Notes under the pieces: model-generated
Seen by the model: only the letters and a program-made list of their open reading frames with translations
What the model was told of the DNA's origin: nothing
Database searches by the model: none
Program-made: the position numbers and the translations under genes
In this document: positions 1-13,983 of the stretch, piece by piece
Layout: every line of letters begins with the position of its first letter
Position numbering within the stretch: the first letter of the stretch is position 1
DNA from: Octopus vulgaris
Taxonomy: Eukaryota
Reading direction: 5' to 3'
Assembly (NCBI GenBank): GCA_951406725.2
Contig: OX597820.1
Coordinates: 101,370,001-101,434,000, forward strand
Length of the DNA: 64,000 nt

Positions 1-689
1 CATGGAAAACAGATGTTAAACGATGATGATGATGATATATATATATATATATATATGTATTTATCTGTGTGTCTTTGTGTCGGTGTTTGTTGTGTTCCCC
101 CCCACCCACCCAACTTCTTGACAACTTGTGCTGGTTTGTTTACATCCTCGTAACTTAGTGGTTCAGCTAAATATAGCCAGTAGAATAAGTACCGAACTTA
201 AAATAAGTACTGAGGTTGATTTGTTCAATAATAATTGAAAAAAAAAACCCAACCCTTCATTGCCACAGTCCAATGACTGGAAGTGAGCAAAAAGATGACT
301 GAAAGTATGTAGTATACATATTTTCCAGTTGAGTGATTAACGTTGAAGATCACAATTTCATTGTGAAATGTAATATCAGTCTATCTAGAATCTTCCAGCA
401 TATTAAACGTGGAACAGCAGTTGTAAAATGCTTGAAATAACTAGCAACATTTTTTTTTCATGTACAGGCATAAATCCTGATGTTTGTTAGGTGGGAAGGA
501 AGTAGGAGGTTTTAATGTTCATGCAAGGACATTATGATATTGAATGTCAGTATGACATTAAAGAAAGTTCCCTGCGTGGAACTGGGATTCAGCAGTTGTT
601 ACTCTAATGCTGGAAGTAGTTGTAGTAACAGTGGTGGAGTTGTGGTAGAGTTGTAATAACACTGATGATGATGATGATGATACTGCTAC

Positions 690-1335
690 TGGTTTCAAAT
701 TTTGGCATGAGGCCAGCAGTTATAGGGAAAAGTGTAAGTTGATTTCATCGACCCCAGTACTCAACTGGTACTTATTTTATTGACCCCGAAAGGATGAAAA
801 GCTATGTCAACTTTGGTGGAATTTGAATTTAGAACATAAAGATGGATGAAATGCCACTAAACATTTTGTCCACCATGCTAACAATTCTGCCACCTTAATA
901 ATAATAATGATAATAATAAGAATAAGAATAATCCTTTCTACTACAGGCACAAGGTCTGAAATTTCTGTTAGGTGTCTAGTCGATTATATTGACCCCAGTA
1001 CTCAACTGGTACTTATTTTACCAAACCCAAAAGGATGAAAGGCAAAGTCAACCTCAGTGGAATTTGAACTCAGAACATAAAGATGGACGAAATGTCACTA
1101 ATCATTTTGTCTACCTTAAAATTTAATATAATTCTTTCTACTATAAGCACAGGATCTGAAACTTTTGGGGGTGTGGCTATTCAATTATATCGACCCCGGT
1201 GCTCAACTGGCACTTACTTTTACCAGCACAAAAAAGGATGAAAAACAAAATTGACCTTTGTAGAATTTGCACTCAGGACATAAAGCTGGAGAAAAGGCCA
1301 TTAAGTATTTTGTACAGCATGCTAATGATTCTCCT
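690..1335 (-). mobile_element. tandem array of three Meta-type SINEs
   Basis: Repeated reverse complement of GACTTTGCCTTTCATCCTTTCGGGGTCGATAAAATAAGTACCAG, separated by (AAT)n. Confidence 0.85.
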
Positions 1336-1562
1336 CGCCTGGCATCTATCTTGACTAAAAGACTGAGAAAACACCGTTTGGCTAAAATCTAAAATGAATG
1401 AAAATTAAAGTTGATCTTGGTGGAATTTTATCTCTGAAAGTAAAAAGCTAGAACAAATACTGCAGGCTATTTTATCATCCATTCTCATAATTTTGCCAAC
1501 TCATATCAACTGTGCTATCTATTATTCAAGATGTGTGTGTGTGTGTGTATGTGTGTGTTTAA

Positions 1563-1782
1563 CCCTTTCGTTACCAACCCAGCTGAAACCAGCTCTGGCT
1601 CTGAGTATAAATGTCTTGTTTTCATAAGTTTTGAATTAAAATCTTCCGCCAAACCTTACTCACAATTTATGTTCCTAACACCAGCTGAATGATAACCAAG
1701 TTGTTTTACTAAATTCTTTGTTATATTTAAAGTAATTGAAAGAGACATAGAGCATCCCAAAATAAATATGGTAACGAAAGGG
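1563..1782. mobile_element. piggyBac-type MITE (220 bp)
   Basis: TTAA-CCCTTTCGTTAC ... GTAACGAAAGGG-TTAA. Confidence 0.92.
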
Positions 1783-2798
1783 TTAAGAGACTAAAATCCA
1801 AGAACACTAGTAGCTATCTTTATTGGTAAAGTTAAAAGTTTGTTAAAGTGGTATTTTATTGCTAGAAGAGTTTCTTGTGTTTTAGACCAATTCCTTCTTT
1901 GGGGAATGATAAAAGGTTCTCTTCATTCACAATCCATGCAGAGATGTAGTTGGTACGAGGGTTCAATTCCTTCTAGGTATTGGTGTGAAAAGATGCAAAG
2001 TCTTCTCTTGCTTATCGTGCTTGTTAATTAACACGAATGCCCCAAAATTGTCTTTATTTCCTTAGATACTGACCTTGTTTTGCAACTCAGTTTCATCCTC
2101 TTGTGGACTAAGGATGATGTAAAACCTTTTCTCACTTTCCAAAGGAAGTCTTTTGTATCAGGGAATTGAAGTCATTTTTCTCAAATGCATACAAACTTTA
2201 AATACATTACACCTCACGTGTGTGTGTGTATATATATATCTATATATATATATAGGGAGAGAGAGTGAGAGAAAGGCAGTTACGCAGATAAATAAATTAA
2301 CTATAACAGCATGGGTTTGATATACAAATTGGTCCCCATCAGAGTTAGAATCATTTGAGTGCTATTGTTTTCTATACTGAGAATCTCTGGATCTCATAGG
2401 TTGACTATGTGTGTGTATATATATGTATGTATGTATATGTGTGTGTGTGTGTGTATGTGCGTGTGTTGAAATTTATTGGACTGGGAGGTGAATTAATAAT
2501 TAGAGCCAATGTTGTTTATTCTTATTAAAACAATCCAAGAAATGGTATTTTAGCATATTCCACTCCTTGAATATTCCAGTAGGTTTATCTATATCTTTGT
2601 CTCTACTTTTGTAAGCAACACATATAGTATTTTGTTTATTTTTTTAAATACAATCTTTTTGTTTTCTGGTACTTTTTTTTGTATTTGCTGCTGGAAACTG
2701 GTATCGGTATAATAAAGAATATTTTTATGCTGCCCTTACACTAACCATATTTCTACGTTCTTTGTATGACTTATGACTTTGAATAGATTGTTGATTTT

Positions 2799-2836
<38 letters not shown>

Positions 2837-4129
2837 ATATAAGGTTGCACGTTTGCAAAATTATGTTACGATATTAATATGAATGTCACTAAAAAAATAG
2901 TTACTGAAAATAATCAATAAATGGCACTGGTAGATAAATAGTATGATATTAGTTCAATGATATTGTGAAAAACCTCTCTTGTTTGTTCTTTATATGTTCC
3001 CTTCAAATAATAATGATAATGATTATGAGAACACATTTTCAGCTGTGATTAATTTCTTTTAGAACTAAATACATCTGTGACACATTTCTTAAATTTAATG
3101 TAAAATCATACACACAGGCACGCGCAAATGCATGTGCACGTGCACACACACACACACACCAATTAAGCAATTAAAAAACATTCTATTATTAGATTGTGGG
3201 TATGTTAAAACTGTAATTACACTTAACTATCTAATGTCTCCAGAGTTGGTAAATCTTCGCTTTGCATTTAACAAAGCAAAAATTTACCAGTTTCTAATGA
3301 CTTGTGACTTTTGGAAATTATTCTTAAATTAAGTAACTTTTGAGAAATTAAGATGTAAAAAATAATATAAAAAAAACAAGCAAAAAACATGATTTGCTTA
3401 TTAGGTTATTTGCATTCCCCTAAAACTCAGAGTTATGTTGGCTGTCAGTTAATGTAAAGCAGAGGGTCATTTAGTTTGAGAACTGCATTTGTAAATGTCT
3501 GAGGTTTCATTTTAGAATTTTTTCGGGGGGAAATATTATTATAGAATCTTCTCTACTTGTCTTACAGAATGTTTAATTTCTTTTCCATTAAAATCTATCA
3601 ATATTTCCATTCCTCGTAATTTTAATGTCAATTTAAACTCTTCCCCATGCTTGCATGAGCTAGTTAGGTTTCCTCTAGCACCACTTGTTGCAACTTCTGG
3701 CAGTCCTTTGTCATTACCTATGTCCAAGTTCAGCCACCCGAGATCAGCTTTCATAATCCCTTCTCCTGTCTTCCTTTTCCACAAGTTCTTTTCACTTAAA
3801 CCACTTGGCACCTCTTTATCCAGTTGTCATTCCCCATATACATCACAGATCTGTCCAATGCAGCTTTCCTCTTCCAAACTAAATTTAATTAATAGTACAC
3901 TTGGGTTTTTTTCTCTCAGCTTATTTGCATTCTATCATTCATGCACAGTGATATACATCTGACATGTGAGCTCTACTTGGTTGCTTGACTTGCTAAAAAT
4001 TGAAGCTAAATTCCTTCAAAACAAACCCTGCTAGAGCAAAAAGATATCCAAAAACTAGTTACAGGTGAAACTCCATTAATTGTAGGTGTGCACGATCAGT
4101 CTTGACCTGGCAATAAATTGACACATCCA

Positions 4130-5640
4130 GCAGGTCATGCTCACCTAATTTTTTCCCAGCCCTTGTTCAGCCTCCATATTCAAGGCCCATATTTTTTAGC
4201 AGTTCATGTGGCTAACTGCTATGCTAGTCATTAGAATGACACCTTCCTATCCTACCTGATCAATAATGGGAATGACAAGCATGTATCTTGATTCACCAGA
4301 TATTTGTGACATCTGAAACTTCTTTTCCTGCCTTTATATCCTTATTTATATATAACTGTCAATTTCACTATTTGGCCCCTCTCTTGGGTCTACTTTGAGT
4401 GGTTCATCTCACTCAGGCATGCTCTGTATTCAGCAACATTTCCAGATAACATTTCCATGCATCTTCTTGTCAGTATTGATGGCAAGTACATTTCTATTAG
4501 TCTAACACACAATTATAACCAAAGAAATCTGGAACACCTCACACTTCTGCTTCTCTTATTGCAGGACATAATTTCAGCTTCTTTTTGTGCTACATTTACC
4601 AGATGGCTAGGTTCTCTTCTAACTACCTGAAATTGTTCCTTCCTCTTCACTTTTTCCAGTCCTGTCTCTTGGCTTTTATGGTTCTTTTTAATATATCATT
4701 CTACCTCTATGTCAATTTTTTTTCTGGTGTAATACTTGCTTGTTCCCCTGATCTGGTCTGCTGGCTGTTTTGTAGAAATTTCCAGCTGTCCTCTATGTTA
4801 CAAATCTCCTCCTTCTGCCATTCATGTCCACCTACATACAGGGGTTCTCAAACTGGCATGCCCTCTATCATCCCACCAAAAATTTTGGTGAAAATTTTTT
4901 TTGCTAATCCTTCTCAATAATTTGTACCCATATAATTCTTTTATCACTGTAATATTTGACAAACGTATAAAACATCTTAAGTTTTATTAAGTATAACAAG
5001 TATTATATTAATATTAAACATATTAATTATAACAAGTAAATAAAGGCTACAAGCTGGCAGAATCAGAGCATCAGAAGAAATGCTTTGCAGCGTTTCTTTC
5101 AGTTTTTGATGTTCTGAGTTCAAATCCTGTGAAGTTCAACATTGCCTTTCATCCTTCTGGGATTGGTAAAATGATAGCAATCAAGAACTGGGGCCAGTAG
5201 TATCAACTAACCTCCTCCCTTCAAAAGCTGCTCGCCTTGTGCCTAAATTAGAAACCATTAAATGTAACAGTCTTCTCCCTTTTCAATAACCCCCAGCATC
5301 CTTCCATTAGAACCCCATGAGACCCACTGAACTAATACTTCTTTGACTCTGTGTCTGGTCATTGGATCTTTCAGCTTTCATATCTTCCTTTCCCATATTG
5401 TTTTGCATTTGCATCTTTAAGTTCATCTAGCTGTTATCTTGATATCATTAGTCTATTTTGAATGATGGGGTACACACCTCATATTCATAACATGGTGTCA
5501 ATTCTTTTTTTATTTTTCTGGTGAGTATGAAGTCTATTTGGCTTGGGTGTTTGCCCCGATTTGTAGGTGATCTATTGCAGTTATAAATTTGGTACATGCT
5601 TTTATTAAAAAGTAAGCTGTAGATAGAATAAATTTGTTTT
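4130..5640 (-). pseudogene. ancient LINE (APE endonuclease/RT) fragment
   Basis: ITYKSG / SQIDFILTRK (APE C-terminal motif) at ~5510-5575 with a frameshift. Interrupted by a MITE and a SINE. Confidence 0.6.
4838..5329. mobile_element. decayed hAT MITE with nested Meta-type SINE (5042-5260)
   Basis: Starts CAGGGGTTCTCAAA and ends ...TGAGACCCACTG. Confidence 0.55.
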
Positions 5641-5788
5641 ATTAACACAAATGAAATTGAAAACAGAATAAGGAGAAGAAACAAGATAAAATTTATAGTC
5701 TTTCATTTATTAAACTAATTGCTTGTGAAATTTTCTAAAATAACTGCTGGTAGCAAGGTATAAATCACCATTCTGAAAAAAAAAAGAG

Positions 5789-5835
<47 letters not shown>

Positions 5836-5839
<4 letters not shown>

Positions 5840-5960
5840 TATATAATAGTAAAAATGCAGAAAACATAAATACCATGGATATATCATGTATTATGATGTT
5901 TATACATCAGGATAGTATTACACACACACACACACACACACAGACACACACACAGACACA

Positions 5961-6031
<71 letters not shown>

Positions 6032-6121
6032 GCATATATATAATAGTAAAAAATGCAGAAAACATAAATACCATGGATATATCATATATTATGATGTTTA
6101 TACATCAGCATAGTATTACAT
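5836..6121. repeat. ~85-bp duplication separated by (CA)n
   Basis: ATAATAGTAAAAATGCAGAAAACATAAATACCATGG...ATAGTATTACA occurs twice. Confidence 0.9.
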
Positions 6122-6857
6122 ACATATATATATATTATATATATATATATAACAATAAAATTTACATCCTTATATTTGTGTCTATTGCCAGAAAATGTTC
6201 TTTATCTTGTAATTGCAGCAGTATTATTTACTGAAACCAGGTCTGTTTCTTTCTATTTAAAGTTTGTTGAATAGCTAGTTTCAAATTTTAATCTATCTCA
6301 AGTAGATTTAGAATGGATGATCTACCTTGGTATCACAAATTTGTTGCATTTTCTCAAACTCGTTGTGAAATTATATTTTTATTATTAGAATGTTAAGTCA
6401 GTGAATTGAACACATCCTTCCCCCTTTTTCTTTGAAATATGTAAAATTTACCAAAATTTCCTATATCATATTGATATTTACTTGAATGTCCTTAAACTAA
6501 CCTTATTTGTTTTATATGTCTTTTACTGTTCTATTCACTTTATTCCTGTTAAATCTTCTTCTCTTTCCTTGTGGCATTGTTTTTTTCATTTACTAATCTA
6601 TATCTCACTCATACGAAAAAAAAAAAAACAGGAAAAAAAAGAGCAAAAAATAGTTTCAGTCATCTATAAAGAAAGACTTCAAGTTTGATGCAATATTCTA
6701 GCAGTGCATTGATCTCTTTTGGAGGAAAATAGATTAAAATGCTTGAGGCATTTGTCTTGAAACATTGCCAGTATTTCCATACCTTGCAAGTCTTTAGGAT
6801 TATAATAATTTTATTTATCTAGTGTATTTTAGAATAAAGCAGTAAATATTTATATAA

Positions 6858-6859
<2 letters not shown>

Positions 6860-6916
<57 letters not shown>

Positions 6917-7116
6917 ATATATATTTATATTACATAAATATATATATATATATTTATATTACATAATATATATATATATATATATATTTATATTACATAA
7001 ATATATATATATATATATATTTATGTAATATAAATATATAAGTATATATGTATATATATATATATGTGTGTGTGCGTGTGTAATATAAATCAGTATATAT
7101 ATATATATATGTAATA

Positions 7117-7153
<37 letters not shown>
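6860..7153. repeat. (TA)n-rich compound microsatellite
   Basis: Direct reading. Confidence 0.9.
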
Positions 7154-7157
<4 letters not shown>

Positions 7158-7814
7158 GAGTATAACTCCAAACTTACAGGGAAAATTTCAATTTAGTATT
7201 AAACCAAATTTCACAATATAAATATATAAAATATAATTTAGAGATAAAACCACTATTATGCATACAAATATACATAAACAAATACAAATACATGTATCAG
7301 TTTCTAGTCACCCCAAAGTTAGAAATATAGCAATTTATGTTCAGAGCATTTAAATTTCTTCAGATATCTTTAATTTTCTAATCTTTACCAATATATGTAG
7401 TTAAGTTCCAGAATTGCTTGATCACCTTTCATCGAAATACTTATCATACTTTAAAACTATTTCCTTAAGTACAGTTTTTAACCAATAGTCTGAAATTTCT
7501 TAATGTTTTTCTACTTGCAATCACTCTTTGTTTTCTCACCTTTTGTTTCTTTGCATTTATTTCAAATATTTTCCTACCATAGTCTTTATTATTTCTTTAA
7601 ATTCATTATCAGTCCAAAAATTGAATAATTACAACTCTGAGTGTGTACAGAATGAAATATATTTTGATTTATTTGAAATTATCATTTGCCAGGATTATCT
7701 TCCAAAATACAATCAATGAGTTGTTTAACAGCAGAAAATTATTCAATTCCAATTTTTGGTGCGTAGATTTCTAAATATAAAATATCTATATACACACACA
7801 AACACATATATATG

Positions 7815-7861
<47 letters not shown>

Positions 7862-8271
7862 ATATCATTATTTTTAAATGTGTGCTGTGTGTTCCCTAAC
7901 TTGCAAGCTTTTAGTTGCATCATCAAAGAATTTGTCTTCATGTAGTATGTCTAGAGCAAAATGTAGTTTGCCAAAGGCAAGGAGTTGTGTACCTTGAGCC
8001 AAACAGCTTTATAATGCTCATCTTTCACTAAACTAGGAATAGAGTTGACCTTCCATAAACAATTGTCAATTATAAATTGCTTCAAACTGATGTTTGTTAA
8101 GTTGCTTCATCCTCATGGTACCAATTTACTGCATTGTGGAGTGTCTGCTAGGTAGACTGAATCACTCACTTAAGAATGAAGTGCTTGTGTAGCATTAGTG
8201 ACCCTTCAGTCATTTATTCTCTATCTCTGTCTGGTCTCTCTCACCCTCTCCTCTCGTCTTCCCTCTGTATA

Positions 8272-8315
<44 letters not shown>

Positions 8316-9278
8316 CCCACATCATTCATTCATTCATACATACATGCATTTATGTATTTATTTACCTGCCATCTCTAAAGAGCACATGTATTAGATAGGT
8401 GTCCTTTTACCTAATATCCAGTGTGAAACTGACTGGCAAGGTTCACTGTAATGGATCTCTAATACTATGTATGTTGAAATATTGCTAACCTTGATGGTAT
8501 TTGTTTAATCAGTCTTTCTAACTTAATATACTTACAGTTATTCAATTACTGAATTACATACAATATTAACCTCAGGACAATAATTTACATTATACTTGTA
8601 AGCAAAACCATGAACTGGAGATAAACTTGAGTCTTTATGTTGGTTTGTGATTTATGGATCAATTAACTTGGCATAAATGATAGCAAAAATAACCCAAAAT
8701 AGATTATTCTCATCACTGTAAACAGACTTTATGGATTTAATATATAATTGTTAATAGTTTTCCTCTTCTTTATTTTGTTTTGTAAGAAAGGTTGGGTTTT
8801 TTTTTCTAACTACAAATCAAAAATTTTGACTTATGAAATTGAATAATAATTATTCAGCTAGTAAGTAGTGATTGATGAAGTATATTTTGATAACTAAACA
8901 GTGAGGGGAGAAAAAAAAAAAAAAGAAAACTGGCTGCATTTTGTTTTTGCGATTTTCCTCTTTATGCTTTATGCATAAATTTTTAACTTAAATATACATG
9001 TGAAATATGTATCAGACTCTAATTCAATCCTTATGTTACCTTGCTTTTGTTGATATACACTGCTTGTGTTTCAATTAATTTTGAAAATAGTGAAGAGTTT
9101 TATAAAATAACCTTATTGTCATTATGCTGGGTATGGAACAAGAAGATATAATGAATGGTTTTAATTCAGATGATTTTTAAAACAAGAAGTTTATAATGTA
9201 GAACCAGGGATGTTCTCTGGTGGCTTGGTATCAGAAGTGCTAAAACAAAAATATTGGGAGGATATAAAAAAAGTTTAA

Positions 9279-9604
9279 CCCTTTCGTTACTGTATTTATT
9301 TTGAGATGCTCTGTGTTTCTCTCAATTACTTTAAATATAACAAAGAATTTAGTAAAATAACTTAGTTATCATTAAGCTAGTGTTAGAAACATAAATTGTG
9401 GCTAAGGTTTGGTGGAAGATTTTAATTCAATGCATAATATAATTAAATCAATTATAGAACTAATTATTAGGTATCTTTTAAATTAAAGCAACCATTGAAC
9501 TAGTTACCAGTTAGGCAGATGGTAAATGATAATGATGATGACTAAAAGCAAGACATTTGTACTCAGAGCCAGAGCCGGTTTCAGCTGGGTTGGTAATGAA
9601 AGGG
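9279..9604. mobile_element. piggyBac-type MITE, same family, inverted, with ~110-bp internal insertion
   Basis: TTAA-CCCTTTCGTTAC ... GTAATGAAAGGG-TTAA. Confidence 0.9.
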
Positions 9605-9699
9605 TTAATAATGTTGCACTGAAATTTACTAATAAAATACATCATACCCATGAAAACCATGTTGCACAGATATTAATATATAATCCTGTGTATGGATTA

Positions 9700-10290
9700 C
9701 TATATGATACATGCATATTGATGAGGACCATTGCATCAAAAAAGAAGTGTGAGCTCTAATTGTGTAGGGTACCAGTGGAAGGGGTAGACCCTGGAAGACA
9801 TGGGACCAAGTGGTGAGAAAGGATCTTCAGATGTGGGGCCTCACTGAAGAAATAACAAGGGACTGGGAGATGTGGCGATTTACTGTATTTGATAAGGCAT
9901 GTCAAGCTAAGTAGAGTTGCTGTCTTCCACACATATCATCATCATTGTTCGACCGTGGTCGAGACAATGGAATTTACCATGTTGCGCCAGACTTCACGGT
10001 CCATCATATACAGGCTTGTCCTTTCAGGTGCTGCTGCCACTTAAAAGCACACGTGCCAGTGATGTGTTACTGCATCTACCCCAGTGCTGCATAAATGCAT
10101 CAGTGCCAGTGGCATGTAAAAAGAACCCAATACACTCTGCTAAGTGGTTGGCGTTAGGAAGGGCATCCAGCCATACAAACTATGCCACAACAGACAGTTG
10201 GAGTCTGAACAGCTCTCTGCTAGCCTACTCCATATCAAACTGTCCAACCCATGCTAGCATAGAGAGCGGACCTTAAGCAAAGATGTTGAT
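9700..10290 (+). mobile_element. decayed RTE LINE 3' end
   Basis: Homologous to 32480-33022. Confidence 0.75.
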
Positions 10291-11139
10291 GAATCCTGTT
10301 GGTTCATTTTCTGACCAATATTTGTATATGATTCTAATAAATAAGATTAATTGAGGATCAAGCATACTTATGTATTTCAGGTGATAGACTGACTGTAAAT
10401 ACAAAGAATGCAGAGGGCAATCATTAATGACTAACAGTTACTCATCTTTGATTCTCTCTTATGTATCATCATTATTATTTTTTAATGGCCACTTTCTCAT
10501 TCTTTGTTAACATGAGGTGGACAGACTTCACTAAAGCACATTTTATACAGCTGGATGCCTTTCCTGTTGCCACCTTTTACTTGTTTCTATGGAAGGTAAT
10601 ATTTCTCCATGGCTGGGCATGTTTTCATGGAAGGCTGAAAACGAAGGGCTTCACTTCTATGACAGTAACAAGTGATGTTGCTGTTATACATGATGTTAAA
10701 ACATGGAGACACACACACACACACATTCTTTCTCCCCCCCCACACACACACGTATATAACTTGCTTCTTAATTTTGACATTCCAAGTATAAATAGTCTCA
10801 TAGTCATAGATGCAATAAAAATGAGATTTTTTTTGTGGCTCATGTTTTTCTCAAAATCATTAATGATTACACATCTAAATGTTTGAAATGAATGTTTGCT
10901 AATTGGATTATAACTTTTTGGGAACTATCAACCTGATCAATAGAAATAAAATGTCTTGAAATAGAAATATCTACACTACATTTTGATTGATGTGACTGCC
11001 AGTCATTATTATGTGCTTTATTCCTGAATGTGCATTCAACAGCAGACTGTGTTAGAAGGTGTCAAATGCACATGGTCTTTATCTCAACCATAAAAAAAAA
11101 ACAAACAAAAGTCATGGTAGTAGAAGAAAAATAAGTAAA

Positions 11140-11700
11140 TGTTTACTTACGCTCAAATAGGCTGAATTGTACATGTATCCTGGAATGCAAATCTGATGAA
11201 GGTATATGTAAGAAAGAAATTAAAATACTGGTAGCCATGGCAAGAATGTCCATGGAAAAGCTTAATAACATCTGGAGCAGCAAAAGTGTCCCAATTTAGT
11301 TAGAAATAAGGCTAATGTGAGTGTTCATTTGACCAATAAGAATTTCTGGTTGTGAAGCATAGACTCTGAAAAGATTTAAAGAACATGCATTTGTGGTGTA
11401 TAGGAGAATGTCAATGTGTCTTACAAGGCCCTTTGGTTAAATGAATAGGTGTAACAACAAATAGATTAAAGATAACCCATTGTGAACAAAATGAAAGCTC
11501 ATCTCTCATGGCCATATACAAGGAAGTAGAGATCTGGATAACCTTATTATGGAAGAAAGATCAAGTAGATCAAGAGGCAGGCAAAGAATGAAATGGATGG
11601 ACAATAATACAAACAGGTTGGACAGGAGTTGCAAGGCAGCTGGAGAACTCCTGCTTCATTGGGAGAATTTTTATTGTAGTGTCATTGAATGCATGGCAGG
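11140..11700 (+). pseudogene. ancient RTE-like LINE reverse transcriptase C-terminal fragment
   Basis: Broken frames give CKKEIK..., KLNNIWS, GCEA, WCYRRM and RSRGRQRMKWMDN. Confidence 0.7.
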
Positions 11701-12453
11701 TATATGATAGCATTAGAACCAAGAACCTTTATTTTTAAATGAAGGCTAAGAACCTCAGTGGCCTGGTGGATAATAATGTTATTACCCTCAGTTTGAAAAT
11801 GAAGTTTCCTGTTTCAAATCCATTCTGCTGTTAAAGACACATTCAAGAATAAGGTAGAAAATGATGGCTCAAAGATAAGATCAGTCAAAACTTGTTGAAA
11901 GATATATTTCATTTCTAATGCTGAGGTTAATAGTTAAAGAAATTTGAAACTCCAATTCTTCACTCAAGTACAGTCCTGTACTTTGAATACATCCAGTTGA
12001 TGGCAATCAAAGATCAAACTGATCAAAACATAGCTTATAGATTTAATACTGAATAATCTTTCATCTTAATGATATAAATTAATTGAACGGACAATAATTT
12101 CAATTAGGAACCAAAATTGTGTTAAGGATTCAAGAAGCTTAGTTTTTCTTTTTTTAATATGCAACCTATTGATAAACTATATATAGAAACATACTTGTTG
12201 TTTTCAGTTGAAGAATTAGTTATTAGTTATGTTTTAAATTAAATCAATTATAGAACTAATTATTAGGTATCTTTTAAATTAAAGCAACCATTGAGCTAGT
12301 TACCAGTTAGGCAGATGTTAAATGATAATGATGATGACTAAAGCAATTAAAAATTTAGGAATTTTTTCTCCTGTTTTCTTATAAAATTACTTCCATTTAA
12401 CAGCATAGGTGTATCTCTAAAGCCAAGTACTACAAGTAGGCTGAACATACATA

Positions 12454-12930
12454 ACCCTTTCATTACCATATTTTTCTTCAAATACACTGCCTTTGTTTCA
12501 ATTAATGGAAATTGATGAAGAATTTAGTAAAATAACTTTTGTCATTATCAAGCTGGTGTCTGGGATATAAATTAAGATGAAGTTTTTATAGAAGTTTTAA
12601 ATTTAGATCACTTTAAAACGGAATTTGTGTCGTAGAACCAAGGGCTGAATCAGGGAGGTTGACATAAATAGGGGTTTAAATTACAGGATTAATATAGTGC
12701 AGCTTTTAAGTTCTTTAGCATTCAAACCGGCCATATCTGGCCAAAATATTTAACCTGTTTTATATTGAAACTGACCAGATCTCTTCTCTCACCTTAGTCC
12801 TACAATGTCATTCTAAAACTAAAAAATCACATCACTGAAATCTCTAAACTACAAGATAATGCATGATTAATTCAAACCATTTTAAATAAACAAACATCAC
12901 ATTTGACAGAATAATCTGAACACTAAAGGG
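12454..12930. mobile_element. two older TTAA-MITEs side by side (second family also at ~58845-59060, ~34963-35080, and split by a SINE at ~38390-39010)
   Basis: TAACCCTTT...GGGG and ...CTAAAGGG-TTAA termini. The internal sequence recurs in the window. Confidence 0.65.
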
Positions 12931-13185
12931 TTAAATCCCGTTTGGGCCAGCTTTCTTTTCCTCCATATACTGATAGAGTACGTATCAGATGTATATTAGG
13001 ATCAAATCAATCAAGTATCTCTCCTTGCATATGAATAGCTTCCAAAATTGGAAAGAACTACTAACCATTGATAAATCCCTGTTTTATAACATTACTTTTC
13101 TATTCAACTGTTTGTTAATATTTTTCTGATAACCTGACTGTTCTAACGCTTTTCTAGAACTGTTGTTTTTGCTGCTGCTGCTATG

Positions 13186-13227
<42 letters not shown>

Positions 13228-13983
13228 GTTATTATTACTGTTATTATTATGCATGCATGCATGCAGCATATTTACCAAGTGGTTGTTTATTTTATGGCTT
13301 GAACCCTTATTGTTTTTGTTTTTGTTTTATATTTTGTTTGATTTTGTTTCGTATTACGTGCATCATCTGATAAAGAAATAAAAATGTTAGTTGGCAACCG
13401 CATTGCTATTTGTAAACACTGAACTCTGTTGATTCCTAAGGCCATGACTAGATGTTGTAAATTATCTATAATTCAACCTATATTGATTGACTGACTTATA
13501 TGTTCTCAGTGTTAAATTACACACACACACATACATATATATATGTGTGTGTGTGTGTATGTATATGTGTATTTATATATAATAGTGTAAATGTATTTTA
13601 TGGTCTTTTTATTTAAATTTCATTTCAAAGATCTTAAACAGATATGAAATTCAAAGGATCTTGTGTCCTTTAATAATTTGTACAGAATAAAAGTAAAAGT
13701 TTTAGATTCAAATAAATATTGTCAGGTATTTTTCGTCATATGTATATGAAAATTACAAGGGATTAAATTTTGTATCAACATCAGTTTATCAATTTAATAT
13801 TTGTCAAAAAGGATTCAGTTAGTTTTGATGCACAATATGTAAATGAAATTTTAAGAAAGAAAATCAAAATTCCTTTACAATCCGGGGATTTTAGTTTTGT
13901 TGATATTTTTTTTCATTTGAAATCCATAAAATGTTTGTAGTATTTCTCTAATCATTTGTTTATTAACTTTTTTTTATTTTTAG

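Noticed and set aside
1-13983. Upstream FAM135 exons (DUF3657 region)
   Set aside because: No segment with both splice sites and recognisable FAM135 similarity was found. Probably one long intron, though a small exon could have been missed.
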